This document shows positions 1 to 11,085 of a stretch of 64,000 nucleotides of DNA, piece by piece. The stretch is from an uncultured Gammaproteobacteria bacterium (lineage in GTDB: Bacteria > Pseudomonadota > Gammaproteobacteria > DRLM01), in the NCBI GenBank assembly GCA_963729605.1, contig CAVSNY010000007.1, positions 928,001-992,000 on the forward strand. The letters run 5' to 3'. The translations under genes and the position numbers were made by a program. Every line of letters starts with the position of its first letter. The stretch's first letter is position 1. Under the pieces are notes generated by a model. That model was given only the letters and a program-made list of their open reading frames with translations. It was not told the origin of the DNA and made no database searches.

Positions 1-1058
1 CTCCGGCGTGCTGTCGACCGCGATGAGCTTCCTGGGCCTGTATCGCGATCCCACGGTGGCCGAGGTCACGTCGCGCTGCGACTGGCGCATCGCCGACCTG
101 ATTGCCGCCGAGTCACCCGGTGTCGCTGTACCTGGTGGTGCCGCCCTCGGACATCAGCCGCACCAAGCCGCTGATCCGGCTGATCCTCAATCAGATCGGC
201 CGGCGCTTGACCGAGTCGCTCGACGGCTCCGACGGCATCGCCCGCCGCCATCGAGCTGCTGCTGATGCTGGACGAGTTTCCGGCGCTGGGGCGGCTCGAC
301 TTCTTCGAGACGGCGCTTGGCCTTCATGGCCGGCTATGGCCTGCGCGCGTTCTCTGATCGCGCAGTCACTCAACCAGATCGACAAGGCCTACGGGCCAGA
401 ACCACTCGATTCTCGACAACTGCCACGTGCGCGTGGCGTTCGCGACCAACGACGAGCGCACGGCCAAGCGCATTTCCGACGCGCTGGGCACGGCCACCGA
501 ACTGCGCGCCCAGCGCAACTACGCGGGCCACCGGCTCGCGCCGTGGCTGGGGCACCTGATGGTGTCGCGCCAGGAAACAGCGCGGCCGCTGCTCACGCCC
601 GGCGAAGTGATGCAGCTCCCGCCGGACGAGGCGGTGGTGATGGTGTCCGGCGTCGCGCCGATCAAGGCGAAGAAGCTGCGCTACTACGCGGATCGCCAAC
701 TTCACGCGCCGCGTGCTGCCGCCGCCGACGCTCGCGGCCGGGCGCTACGCCGATGCGCCGCCGTCCGGCCGGACGATTGGAGCAGTCTGATGATTCCGGC
801 CGTGCTGCCGCGTACCGCCATGCTGCGGACCTCGCTGACGTCGCTGGACTGCCGTCGACGAAGGCGGCCTGCGCCGCCAGCCCGAGCTGTCTGAAACCGT
901 CGCCTACAGCGCCGCACCCGAGCACGCGGCCAGCGACCTGGCGCTGCTCGATGACGAAGACGACCTGCCGCTTCCTTCGCCAGTCCCAGCTCGACCCGCG
1001 CTTGCAGCGCGCGGCGCGGCTGGCCGCCCTCGATCCTGACGACGGAATCCAGCTATGA
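1..1058 (+). CDS. traG: Type IV coupling protein TraG/VirD4, 3' part (frameshifted in this sequence)
   Basis: Fragments in different frames: LSTAMSFLGLYRDP, SLYLVVPPSDISRTKPLIRLILNQIGRRLTE, LLMLDEFPALGRL, RVAFATNDERTAKRISDALG, C-terminal LDPDDGIQL. Confidence 0.9.
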
Positions 1059-1542
1059 GCCACGCATCCCGCCATCGCCTGAACCTCTTCATCGAACCCG
1101 ACCACGCCAAGCGCCTGGACGAGCTGGCCGCGAAGAAAGGCGTGTCCAAGTCCTCCATCGTCGCGGCCGCGCTGGCGTCCTGGCTGTCGCCGGATGCGGC
1201 CGACCAACGCGAAGCCGCGATGGCCAAGCGCCTGGATCGACTGTCGCGCCAGTTCGAGCAAGCTGGAGCGCGACCAGAACATCCTGATCGAGACGCTGGC
1301 GCTGTTCGTGCGCTACTACCTGACCGTCAGCACGCCGGTGCCGGAGGCGCATCAGGAAGCCGCGCGGGCACAGGGCAAGGCGCGCTTCGAGCAGTTCGTC
1401 GAACAGCTTGGCCGGCACTTGCTGCGCGGGCGCAGCCTGGTGCGCGAGGTGCACGAGGAGATCCAGCCCGAGCACGCAGCGGCTGGACGAGACGGCGGCA
1501 CTGGCCGAAGCGCAGGAACGTGCGCGGGAAGCTGCCGTATGA
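1055..1542 (+). CDS. CopG/ribbon-helix-helix protein of Tn4371-type ICEs (frameshifted)
   Basis: MSHASRHRLNLFIEPDHAKRLDELAAKKGVSKSSIVAAAL continues in another frame as LERDQNILIETLALFVRYYLT. It lies between traG and trbB and its stop overlaps the trbB ATG. Confidence 0.85.
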
Positions 1543-2558
1543 GTGCCATTCCGCAACAACCATCGTCCGCTGTCACTTCGCTGGATCGGCGCATGCGCAT
1601 GCTGCGCACGGCCATGGGACCGCTGATCGCCGCCGCGCTCGAAGACCCGGACGTGGTGGAGGTGATGCTGAACCCCGACGGCACGCTGTGGGTCGACCGC
1701 CTCTCCACGGGCCGCGCTGCCACCGGGCGAGTCGCTGTCCGCCGCGGACGGCGAACGCATCATCCGCCTGGTCGCGGCGCATGTCGGCACAGAGGTGCAT
1801 CGCGGCCGGCCCCTGCTGTCCGCCGAGCTGCCGGAGACCGGCGAGCGCTTCGAGGGCATCTTGCCGCCAGCGGCGCCAGGCGCCGGCCTTCGCCCTCCGC
1901 AAGCGCGCCGTCGGCGTGATTCGGCCTGGCCGACTACGTGCGTCGACGGCATTCTGAGTGCGGACACAGGCCGAGTTCCTGCGCCGCGCGGTGCGCGAGC
2001 GCCAGAACATCCTGATCGCCGGCGGCACCAGCACCGGCAAGACCACGCTCGCCAATGCGCTGCTGGCCGAGATCGCCAGCACTGGCGACCGCGTGATGGT
2101 GCTGGAAGACACGGTGGAATTGCAGTGCGCGGCCGACGACCACGTGCCGCTGCGCACCCGTGCAGGCGTGGTGTCCATGGCCGAACTGGTGCGCGCCACG
2201 CTGCGACTGCGTCCTGATCGCATGGTCGTCGGCGAGGTGCGCGGCGGCGAGGCGCTGGACCTCCTCAAGGCCTGGGGCACCGGCCATCCTGGTGGCATCG
2301 CCACCATTCACGCCGAGTTCCGCGCATGGCGCGCTGCTGCGCCTCGAACAACTGATCCTCGAAGTCGCCCTGACCGCCACCGCGCGCGCTGATCGCCGAG
2401 GCGGTGAACGTCATCGTCTTCATCGCCGGCCGCGGACGCGCCCGCCAGGTCCAGACGTCGCCCGCGTAACCGGCTTCGATGGTCAGGGCTACCAGCTCGA
2501 CGGCGCGCTCGCGCCGCGTTCTTCCCCGTCCTCAACCCACCTTGGAGAACTGCCATGA
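1539..2558 (+). CDS. trbB: P-type conjugative transfer ATPase TrbB (VirB11-like), frameshifted
   Basis: EDPDVVEVMLNPDG, LLSAELPETGERFEG, Walker A GGTSTGKTT, LRLRPDRMVVGEVRG, TGHPGGIATIHA. Confidence 0.92.
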
Positions 2559-2941
2559 CGCCTGCTCACGTTTCCCATGATTCCCGCTTTTCCGTAAATC
2601 CGCTTTCCCTGCTCGCACGCTTGCGATGCCTGGCCTGGCCGGCGCAACAGGGGCTGCTGCTGGCGGTCGTGTTCCTGCTGGCGACCGGCACGGTGCAAGC
2701 GGCCGGTTCCAGCATGCCCTGGGAAGCGCCGCTGCAATCGATCCTCGACTCGATCCAGGGGCCGGTGGCGCGCATCGTGGCGGTGATCATCATCATCGTC
2801 ACTGGCCTGGCGCTGGCCTTTGGCGACACCAGCGGCGGCTTTCGCAAGCTGGTCCAGATCGTCTTCGGTCTGTCGATCGCGTTCGCGGCGTCCTCGTTCT
2901 TCCTGTCCTTTTTCAGCTTCTCCGGCGGGGCCGTCGTATGA
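2555..2941 (+). CDS. trbC: Pilin TrbC/VirB2
   Basis: AGSSMPWEAPLQSILDSIQGPVA, two hydrophobic helices, C-terminal FSGGAVV. Confidence 0.93.
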   Translation: MTPAHVSHDSRFSVNPLSLLARLRCLAWPAQQGLLLAVVFLLATGTVQAAGSSMPWEAPLQSILDSIQGPVARIVAVIIIIVTGLALAFGDTSGGFRKLVQIVFGLSIAFAASSFFLSFFSFSGGAVV

Positions 2942-3208
2942 GTGCGCCCGATGATTCGCCACGGCTTCGAGGTGCCGTTGCACCGCTCGCTGACCGAGCC
3001 CATCCTGCTGGGCGGTGCGCCACGCACCGTGGCGATTGCCAACGGCACGCTGGCCGCCGCTGTGGGGCTCGGCCTGCAACTGTGGATTCCGGGCCTGGTG
3101 CTATGGATCGTCGGCCATTCGCTGGCGGTGTGGGGCGCGCGGCTGGACCCGCAGTTCATGCAGGTGTTCGCGCGGCACATCAAGCACAAGTCGCTGCTGG
3201 ACGTGTGA
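2938..3208 (+). CDS. trbD: TrbD/VirB3 (frameshift near the 5' end)
   Basis: GFEVPLHRSLTEPILLGGAPR...DPQFMQVFARH; ATG at 2938 overlaps the trbC stop. Confidence 0.9.
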
Positions 3209-3218
3209 GGACGATGCC

Positions 3219-5646
3219 ATGTTGAACCTCGCCGAATACCGCCAGCGTCCCGCACTGCTCGCCGACTGGCTGCCGTGGGCCGGGCTGGTCGCGCCCGGTG
3301 TCGTGCTCAACAAGGACGGCTCGTTCCAGCGCACGGCACGTTTTCGCGGGCCGGACCTGGACAGCGCGACGCAGGGCGAGCTGGTCGCCACGTCGGCGCG
3401 GCTGAACAACGCGCTGCGTCGCCTGGGTTCGGGCTGGGCCTTGTTCGTGGAAGCCGAACGGCTGGCCGCTGCCGACTATCCGCACTCGGACTTTCCCGAA
3501 CCGCTGTCCTGGCTGGTGGACGAGGAACGCCGCGCGGCGTTCGAGGAAGACCAGAGCCACTTCGAGAGCCGCTATCACCTGACGCTGGTGTATCTGCCGC
3601 CGGAGGAATCGCGCGCACGCGCCGCGAAGCTGCTCTACGAGAACACGCCGCAGCGCGGCGTGGACTGGCGCGAGCACCTGACGGCCTTTCGTGGCGGAGA
3701 CGGATCGCTTCTTCGACCTGCTCGAAGGCGTGATGCCGGAGATTGCCTGGCTCGACGACAGCGAGACGCTGACCTATCTGCACGCGACCATCTCCACACG
3801 ACGCTATCGCGTGGCGGTTCCGGAGTATCCGTTCCATCTCGATGCGCTGCTGACCGACTGCCCGCTGACCGGCGGGCTGGCGCCGATGCTGGGCGATGCA
3901 CATTTGCGCGTGGCATCGGTGCGCGGCTTTCCGACTTCGACCTGGCCGGGACTGCTCGACGACCTGAACCGCTTGGGCTTCGCCTATCGCTGGAGCACGC
4001 GCTTCCTGTGCATGGACAAGGCGGAGGCAGAAAGAGAACTCGGCCGCCTGCGCCGCCAGTGGTTCGCCAAGCGCAAGAACGTCGTCACGCTGCTGCGCGA
4101 GACGATCTTTCAGCAGGAAAGCCCGCTGGTCGATACCGATGCCAGCAACAAGGCGACGGATGCGGACGCGGCCCTGCAGGAGCTTGGGAGCGATCAAGTC
4201 GCCTTCGGCTACGTCACCACGACTGTCGCGGTGCTGGATGCGGATGCCGCAGTCGCTGACGAGAAGCTGCGCATGGTCGAGCGCGTCATCCAGGGGCGCG
4301 GCTTCGTCACCATTCCCGAGACCTTGAATGCGGTGGATGCCTGGCTGTCCTCGATTCCCGGCAATGCCTACGCCAACGTGCGCCAGCCCATCGTCTCGAC
4401 GCTGAACCTGGCGCACCTGATGCCGGTGTCGGCGGTGTGGGCCGGGCCGGAGAAGAATGCGCACCTCGACGGGCCGCCCTTGATCGTGACACGCACCGAT
4501 GGCGCCACGCCGTTCCGGCTGGTGACGCACATCGGCGACGTGGGCCATACGCTGGTGTGCGGACCCACCGGCATGGGTAAGTCGGTGCTGCTCGCTACGC
4601 TGGCGCTGCAGTTCCGCCGCTATCGCGGCTCGCGCATCTTCGCCTTCGACATGGGGCACTCGATGCGCGCCACCATCCTGCGGCCTGAACGGCGAGCACT
4701 ACGACCTCGGCACGGACGGCGACATCGCGTTCCAGCCGCTGGCGCGTATCGACCAGGAGGGCTCCCGAACCTGGGCCGCCGAATGGCTGGAAGGCCGGAT
4801 GCTGCACGAGGGGGTGAGCATCGGCCCCGACGAGAAGGCCGCCATCTGGTCGGCGCTGGACAGCCTCGCCGGCGCGCCGGTGGAACAGCGCACGCTGACC
4901 GGCTTCTCCGTGCTGCTGCAGAACAACGCGCTGCGCCAGGCGCTCGCGCCCTACGTGCTCGGCGGCGCCCACGGCAGTCTGCTCGATGCCGACCACGACC
5001 GGCTGGGCATGGCCGACGTGCAAGGCTTCGAGATGGAAGAACTGATGCGCGAGCCGCGCCGCCGTGCTGGCGGTGCTCGGCTATCTGTTCGCCCGATTCG
5101 ACGAGCGTTTCGACGGCGCGCCCACGCTGCTGATCCTCGACGAAGCCTGGGTGTTCCTCGACGACCCGGCGTTCGCCGCGCGCATCCGCGAGTGGCTGAA
5201 GACGCTGCGCAAGAAAAACGTGTCGGTGATCTTCGCCACGCAGTCGCTGGCCGACATCAAGGACTCCAGCATCGCACCGGCCATCGTCGGAGAGCTGCGC
5301 GAGCCGCATCTTCCTGCCCAACCCGCAGGCCACTGAGCCGCAAATCCGCACGATCTACGAAGGCTTCGGGCTCAACGCCCGCCAGATCGAGATCATCGCT
5401 ACTGCGCAGCCGAAGCGCGATTACTACTACCAGTCGCGGCTGGGCAATCGCCTGTTCGATCTCGACCTGGGGCCGGTCGCACTGGCCTTCGCCGGCGCCT
5501 CGACGCCGCAGGACCAACGCGACATCGATGCGGTGGAGGCAGCGGCTTCTTCTTCCAGCTTCGCAGCCGCCTGGCTGCGCCATTGCGGTCTGGACTGGGC
5601 GGCCGACCTGCTGCCGTCCGCGCCTGCCACTTCCAACCCACCATAG
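3219..5646 (+). CDS. trbE: TrbE/VirB4 ATPase (several frameshifts)
   Basis: MLNLAEYRQRPALLADWLPWAGL, Walker A GPTGMGKS, Walker B LLILDEAW, KKNVSVIFATQSL; spread over several reading frames. Confidence 0.92.
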
Positions 5647-5657
5647 GAGAACCCGTC

Positions 5658-6389
5658 ATGAAGAGAACACTGCTTGCGACCGTTGCTGCCGCTCTGTTTT
5701 GCACACTGCCTGCCGCTCAGGCGCAGTGGGCGGTGATTGACCCGACCAACCTGGTGCAGAACACGCTGACCGCGATCCGCACGCTGGAGCAGATCAACAA
5801 CCAGGTGCGGCAGCTTCAGAACGAAGCGCAGATGCTCATCAACCAGGCGCGCAATCTGACGAGCCTCGACTACAACGTGGTCAACCGGCTGCGCTCGACG
5901 TTGGCGACCACCGAACGCCTGATCGCTGAGGCGCAGGGCCTGGCCTATGACGTGGCGAGCATGGACCGGGAGTTCGCCCGGCTTTACCCGCAGGAGTATG
6001 CCGCCAACGTCAGCGGCGACCGCATGGCGCAGGACGCGCGTGAGCGCTGGCGCCACACGCTCGACGGCCTGCACACCGCGATGCGAATGCAGGCACAAGT
6101 GTCACAGAACCTCGGTGAAGACGAAGGCGTGCTGGCCGATCTGGTGGGCCAGAGCCAGTCGGCCACCGGCGCGCTGCAGGCAGCGCAGGCGACCAACCAG
6201 TTGCTGGCCTTGCAGGCCAAGCAAACGATCCAGTCCCAGCAGCTCCAGTTGACGCAGGACCGCGCTGCGTCGCTGGAACTGGCGCGGCAGGCGGCGGCCA
6301 CTGAGCGCGCCCGCGAAGTGCGGCGGCGATTTCACGGCGAGGGCACGCCCTACACGCCGCAGCCCGTGCCGTTCTACGGCGGCGACTGA
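5658..6389 (+). CDS. trbJ: P-type conjugative transfer protein TrbJ (VirB5-like)
   Basis: Signal peptide, VIDPTNLVQNTLTAIRTLEQINNQ, SQSATGALQAAQATNQLLA. Confidence 0.93.
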   Translation: MKRTLLATVAAALFCTLPAAQAQWAVIDPTNLVQNTLTAIRTLEQINNQVRQLQNEAQMLINQARNLTSLDYNVVNRLRSTLATTERLIAEAQGLAYDVASMDREFARLYPQEYAANVSGDRMAQDARERWRHTLDGLHTAMRMQAQVSQNLGEDEGVLADLVGQSQSATGALQAAQATNQLLALQAKQTIQSQQLQLTQDRAASLELARQAAATERAREVRRRFHGEGTPYTPQPVPFYGGD

Positions 6390-6400
6390 GGGCACGCGCC

Positions 6401-7769
6401 ATGAACGACATCTCGGTGATCGACCGCTTCCTCATCGTCTTCTCCACCTACATCGACTCGGGCTTCGGTCTGCTGGGCGGCGAGGTGGCGTTCCTCACCG
6501 CCACCTTGATCGTGATCGACATGACCATCGCGGGCCTCTATTGGGCGATGAGTCACGCCACCGGTCAGGGCGAGGACGTGATCGCCAAGCTGATCCGCAA
6601 GGTGCTCTACATCGGCGCTTTCGCCTACATCATCGGCAACTTCAACTGGCTGGCGAGCATCTTGTTCCGCTCGTTCGCGGGGCTGGGTTTGATGGCGTCG
6701 GGCTCTACGATCTCGCAGGCCGAGTTTCTGCAACCCGGTCGGCTGGCCAAGGTGGGCGTCGATGCCGCCGCGCCGATCCTCGAACAGATCAGCGACATGG
6801 CGGGCTTCCCCGAGGTGTTCGTGAACATGACCCCCATCGTGGTTCTGTTCCTGGCCTGGCTGGTGGTGATCGTCAGCGTTCTTCGTGCTGGCGATCCAGC
6901 TTTTCATCACGCTGATCGAGTTCAAGCTGACAACGCTCGCCGGCTTCGTGCTGGTGCCGTTCGCGCTGTGGAACAAGACCGCATTCCTGGCCGAGAAGGT
7001 GCTGGGCAACGTGGTGTCCTCCGGCATCAAGGTGCTGGTGCTGGCGGTGATCGTCGGCATCGGCGCCGGCCTGTTCGCCGAATTTCAGGTCGCGCCGGAT
7101 GAACCCTCCATCGACCACGCGCTGGTCATCATGCTGGCGTCCCTCTCGCTGCTGGCGCTCGGGATCTTCGGGCCGGGTATTGCTACCGGCCTGGTGTCCG
7201 GCTCGCCGCAGCTCGGCGCCGGTGCGATGGCGGGTGCCACGCTCGGCGCAGCCGGTACGGCCGTTGCCGTGGGTGCGGCGGCCACCGGCGTCGGTGGTGC
7301 CGTCGCGGCCGGTGCACGCATGGCGCCCGGCGCTGCCCGTATGGCTGTCGGCGGCGCCCGTTCGATGGCCTCCACTGCCGGCAGCGCGAGGCCAGCCTTT
7401 CAGGCAGGTTCCGCCGGTGCTGGCGGTGGTCTCAAGGGCGCGGCGGCCGGTCTGGGTAACGTCGCCCGGACCGGCGCGCAGTCGGTCGGGCAGCGAGTCT
7501 CTGCCGGTGCGCGTTCGCTGAAGGCGCGCGCCGCTACCGCCATCAATCCCGACACCTCCACGGCCGGCGCGGGTAGCGCTGCTGCCGGTTCGACCGCTCA
7601 GGGCGGCGCGGACGCCGCATCCGCCAGCAGCGGACAACCCGCCTGGGCCAGGCGCCTTCAACGCCGCCAGCAACTCACCCATGCCGCCACCACCGTCGCG
7701 CACACGCTGCGCGGTGGCGACGGCGGCGGCTCGGGTTCCGGCCCCAGTCTGCGCGACCCCTCGAATTAA
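6401..7769 (+). CDS. trbL: TrbL/VirB6 (frameshift near 6878)
   Basis: MNDISVIDRFL...YIDSGFGLLGGEV, AIQLFITLIEFKLTTLAGFVLVPFALW, Gly/Ala-rich tail. Confidence 0.92.
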
Positions 7770-7781
7770 GGAGACCTTGCC

Positions 7782-8486
7782 ATGCGATTCAAACGACCGC
7801 AGGTGCGCTACGCCGAATCACCGCAGCCGGCCACGCCGTACCAGAGCGCCGAACAGGTGTGGGATGAGCGCATCGGCTCGGCCCGCGCACAGGCAAAGAA
7901 CTGGCGGCTGATGGCTTTCGGCTGCCTCGCGCTCGCGCTGCTGATGGCCGGTGGCTTGGTGTGGCGCTCGGCGCAGTCCATCGTCACGCCCTATGTGGTG
8001 GAGGTGGACCACGGCGGGCAGGTGCGCGCCGTCGGCGAGGCCGCCACGCCGTACCGGCCCAACGATGCGCAGACCGCACATCACCTCGCGCGCTTCGTCA
8101 CGCTGGTGCGCTCGCTGTCCATCGACCCCATCGTGGTCCGGCAGAACTGGCTCGACGCCTACGACTACACCACCGACCGCGGGGCCGCCGTGCTCAACGA
8201 TTACGCCCGCGCCAACGATCCCTTCGCGCGCATCGGCCGCGAGACGGTGACGGTGCAGATCAACAGCGTGGTCCGCGCCAGCGACACGTCGTTCAACGTG
8301 CGCTGGACGGAGCGCCGCTACGTCAACGGCGCGGCGGCAGGGCTGGAGCGCTGGACGGCGGTGGTGTCCATCGTGCTGCAAACGCCGCGCACCGAGGAAC
8401 GGTTGCGGCGCAATCCATTGGGCATCTACGTCAACGGCTTGTCGTGGAGCCGGGAACTCGACTCGATCGAAGGAGACAGGCCATGA
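7782..8486 (+). CDS. trbF: TrbF/VirB8
   Basis: PYQSAEQVWDERIGSARAQAKNWR, SIDPIVVRQNW, RRNPLGIYV. Confidence 0.95.
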   Translation: MRFKRPQVRYAESPQPATPYQSAEQVWDERIGSARAQAKNWRLMAFGCLALALLMAGGLVWRSAQSIVTPYVVEVDHGGQVRAVGEAATPYRPNDAQTAHHLARFVTLVRSLSIDPIVVRQNWLDAYDYTTDRGAAVLNDYARANDPFARIGRETVTVQINSVVRASDTSFNVRWTERRYVNGAAAGLERWTAVVSIVLQTPRTEERLRRNPLGIYVNGLSWSRELDSIEGDRP

Positions 8487-9472
8487 AACCGTCTTTGCGC
8501 TTTTGCGTGCTTGTACTGATTGCCACCACGCTGGCGGGCTGCGCCACGCCGCGCAAGCCGCCGACCATCTCGCTCGACGAGCCGGTGCAGGCGCAGCCAC
8601 TGCCGGAACTGCCCAAGCCGGTCGAAGTGGTCGCAGTGCCCGAACCCCTGCCGTTGCCAGGGCAGTTGATGCCGCTGCCACCACAGGGAGAGACGCCGCC
8701 AGCACCCGAGCCAGAGGACGAGCGCGTGCGCGTATCCCGTGCGAACGCAGAGGCGCGCGTCGCGCCGACCCGCGAGGGCTACATCAACGCGATTCAGGTC
8801 TGGCCCTTCACCGATGGCGCGCTGTATCAGGTCTACACGAGTCCGGGCCGCGTGACGATGATCGCCTTGCAGCCCGGCGAGGAACTGGTGACGGTTGCCG
8901 CCGGCGATACCGTGCGCTGGATCGTCGGCGACACGTCCAGCGGCGGCGGTGACGAGCTGCGCGTCAATGTGCTGGTGAAGCCCATCCGTTCCGGCTTGAA
9001 GACCAATCTCGTCATCACAACCAGCCGCAGGACGTACCTGATCGAACTAACCTCGACCGAGAAGGCGTGGATGGCATCGGCGTCCTGGGACTATCCGCGC
9101 GACCGCATGTTGGCTTTGCAGCGCCAGGCGCAGGCCGCGCAGACGGCGGCGCCACTCGATACGGGCCTGACGCTGGAGAACATCCGCTTCCGCTACGGGA
9201 TCAGCGGCAGCAATGCGCCGTGGAAGCCACTGCGCGCCTTCGACGACGGCGAGAAGGTCTACATCCAGTTCCCGGCCGGCATCGCGCAGGGCGAGTTGCC
9301 GCCGCTGTTCGTCATCGGCGCGCAGGGCGACGGCCAGCTCGTCAATTACCGCTTCCGTTCGCCGTACTACATCGTGGACCGGCTGTTCGGCGCGGCCGAA
9401 CTGCGCCTGGGTGGTGACAGGGGCGCCGTGGTGCGCATCGAGCGCACGGATGGCGTGACGCGGAGGAACTGA
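8483..9472 (+). CDS. trbG: TrbG/VirB9
   Basis: Lipobox LAGC, AAGDTVRWIVGDT, PLRAFDDGEKVYIQFP, QLVNYR, YIVDRLFGAAELRLG. Confidence 0.93.
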   Translation: MKPSLRFCVLVLIATTLAGCATPRKPPTISLDEPVQAQPLPELPKPVEVVAVPEPLPLPGQLMPLPPQGETPPAPEPEDERVRVSRANAEARVAPTREGYINAIQVWPFTDGALYQVYTSPGRVTMIALQPGEELVTVAAGDTVRWIVGDTSSGGGDELRVNVLVKPIRSGLKTNLVITTSRRTYLIELTSTEKAWMASASWDYPRDRMLALQRQAQAAQTAAPLDTGLTLENIRFRYGISGSNAPWKPLRAFDDGEKVYIQFPAGIAQGELPPLFVIGAQGDGQLVNYRFRSPYYIVDRLFGAAELRLGGDRGAVVRIERTDGVTRRN

Positions 9473-9474
9473 CC

Positions 9475-10770
9475 ATGAGCCAGGACGACTCCCCGGACAT
9501 GCTTGGCGCCGCACCGAAGCTGGCGCCGGAACAAGTCGCGCTGCGGGCGCAGCCGCGTCCGGTCACGCGCCTGAACCGGCGCATGTTGGCGGTGCTGGTC
9601 GGCGGTGTGGCCACCGTCGTATTGGGCGCAACGCTCTGGTCGCTGCAAGCGCCGCAGCGCCGTGGTGCAGGCGAGGCGACCGAGCTGTACAACGTCGATC
9701 GCGTGTCGCGCTCCGAAGGGCTGGCGCAACTGCCCACCGACTATTCCCAACTGCCGCCGACCTTGCCACCGCTGCCGCCGGAGCTGGGCGAACCGCTGCC
9801 CGGCGACCTCGGCACGCCGATCCTGCGCGCCGAACAGCGAGCGCAGGGTTACTCACAACCGGGCTATGACCCGGCCGAAGCCGAGCGCTTGGCGCGGCTC
9901 AAGGAGGCCGAGGAAGCGGCGGCTTCGTCCGTGTTCTTCAGCACGGGCGGGCAGCGCGCCGCCGTAGCCGCTCCTGCTCAGAGCATGGCGGGAATCCCGC
10001 CGCTGACCGGGTTGGCGGGTTTCGATCCACTGGCCGCCGGGCCGGCTTCGACGGCTGCGCAGCCCGCCGATCCCACGGCTGTGCAGAACCGGCAGGACCA
10101 GAAGGAAGCGTTTCTGAGCAATGCCGGTTCTACGGAAACCCGTAATTCCGGCAACCTGCAAATGCCGGCCTCTCCATACCAGGTGATGGCGGGCACCGTG
10201 ATCCCGGCCGCGCTGGTGACGGGCATTAAGTCCGACCTGCCGGGCGACGTGATCGCCACGGTGACGGAGCCGGTCTACGACACGGCCACCGGCCGCCATC
10301 TGCTGATCCCGCAGGGCTCGCGCATCCTGGGCCGATACAACAGCCAAGTGAGCTACGGGCAGACCCGAATCCAGATGGTGTGGCACCGGCTGATCCTGCC
10401 GGACACCTCATCAAGCCAGCTCGACAACCTGGTGGGCACCGACCCGGCCGGCTACGCGGGCCTGGAGGATGGCGTCGATTGGCATTGGGACCGCATCTTC
10501 GCCGGCGCGGTGCTGACCACGCTGCTGGGCGTCGGCGCTGAGCTGGCCGCCCCGGAGAATCGCCAGGGCGGCGATCGCATCGTCATTGCCGGCCGCGACA
10601 GCGTGCAGGACAGCGTGAACCAGATTGGCCAGGAGATGACCCGGCGCAACATGAACATCCAGCCCACGCTGACGGCGCGCCCCGGTCTGCCGGTGCGCAT
10701 CATCGTCAACCGCGACCTGGTGCTGCGACCGTACCAGCCGCTGTTCTTCCAGAGGGGATCATCGCAATGA
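9475..10770 (+). CDS. trbI: TrbI/VirB10
   Basis: SPYQVMAGTVIPAALVTGIKSDLPG, LLIPQGSRILG, NIQPTLTARPG. Confidence 0.95.
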   Translation: MSQDDSPDMLGAAPKLAPEQVALRAQPRPVTRLNRRMLAVLVGGVATVVLGATLWSLQAPQRRGAGEATELYNVDRVSRSEGLAQLPTDYSQLPPTLPPLPPELGEPLPGDLGTPILRAEQRAQGYSQPGYDPAEAERLARLKEAEEAAASSVFFSTGGQRAAVAAPAQSMAGIPPLTGLAGFDPLAAGPASTAAQPADPTAVQNRQDQKEAFLSNAGSTETRNSGNLQMPASPYQVMAGTVIPAALVTGIKSDLPGDVIATVTEPVYDTATGRHLLIPQGSRILGRYNSQVSYGQTRIQMVWHRLILPDTSSSQLDNLVGTDPAGYAGLEDGVDWHWDRIFAGAVLTTLLGVGAELAAPENRQGGDRIVIAGRDSVQDSVNQIGQEMTRRNMNIQPTLTARPGLPVRIIVNRDLVLRPYQPLFFQRGSSQ

Positions 10771-11024
10771 ACACGAACAAGCTGCGGCTCGGGCCGCTGC
10801 CCAAGAGCGAGACCGTCAGGCTGACATTCGCGTGTCCGGCCAGCCTGAAGGCCGACCTCGACCGCTACGCCGCGCTGCACGCGCAGACCTACGGCGAGCC
10901 GGTCGATGCGATGACGCTGATCCCGCACATGCTGGAAGCGTTCATTGCGCGGGATCGGGGATTCAAGAAGGGGACGGCGGCGAAAGCGCCGTCAGTGCCC
11001 CGGCGGGACGCGCCGCCGACATAG
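10767..11024 (+). CDS. DUF2274-family protein
   Basis: KLRLGPLPK...LKADLDRYAALHAQTYGE...LIPHMLEAFIARDRGF directly after trbI. Confidence 0.88.
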   Translation: MNTNKLRLGPLPKSETVRLTFACPASLKADLDRYAALHAQTYGEPVDAMTLIPHMLEAFIARDRGFKKGTAAKAPSVPRRDAPPT

Positions 11025-11044
11025 GCGTGGCCACATCGGCGGCG

Positions 11045-11085
11045 ACACGAAAGCGCAGGTCAGTGGCCTGCGCTTTCGTGTTTTT
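11045..11085 (+). terminator. Rho-independent terminator after the trb operon
   Basis: Stem ACACGAAAGCGCAGG...CCTGCGCTTTCGTGT followed by a T-run. Confidence 0.8.
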
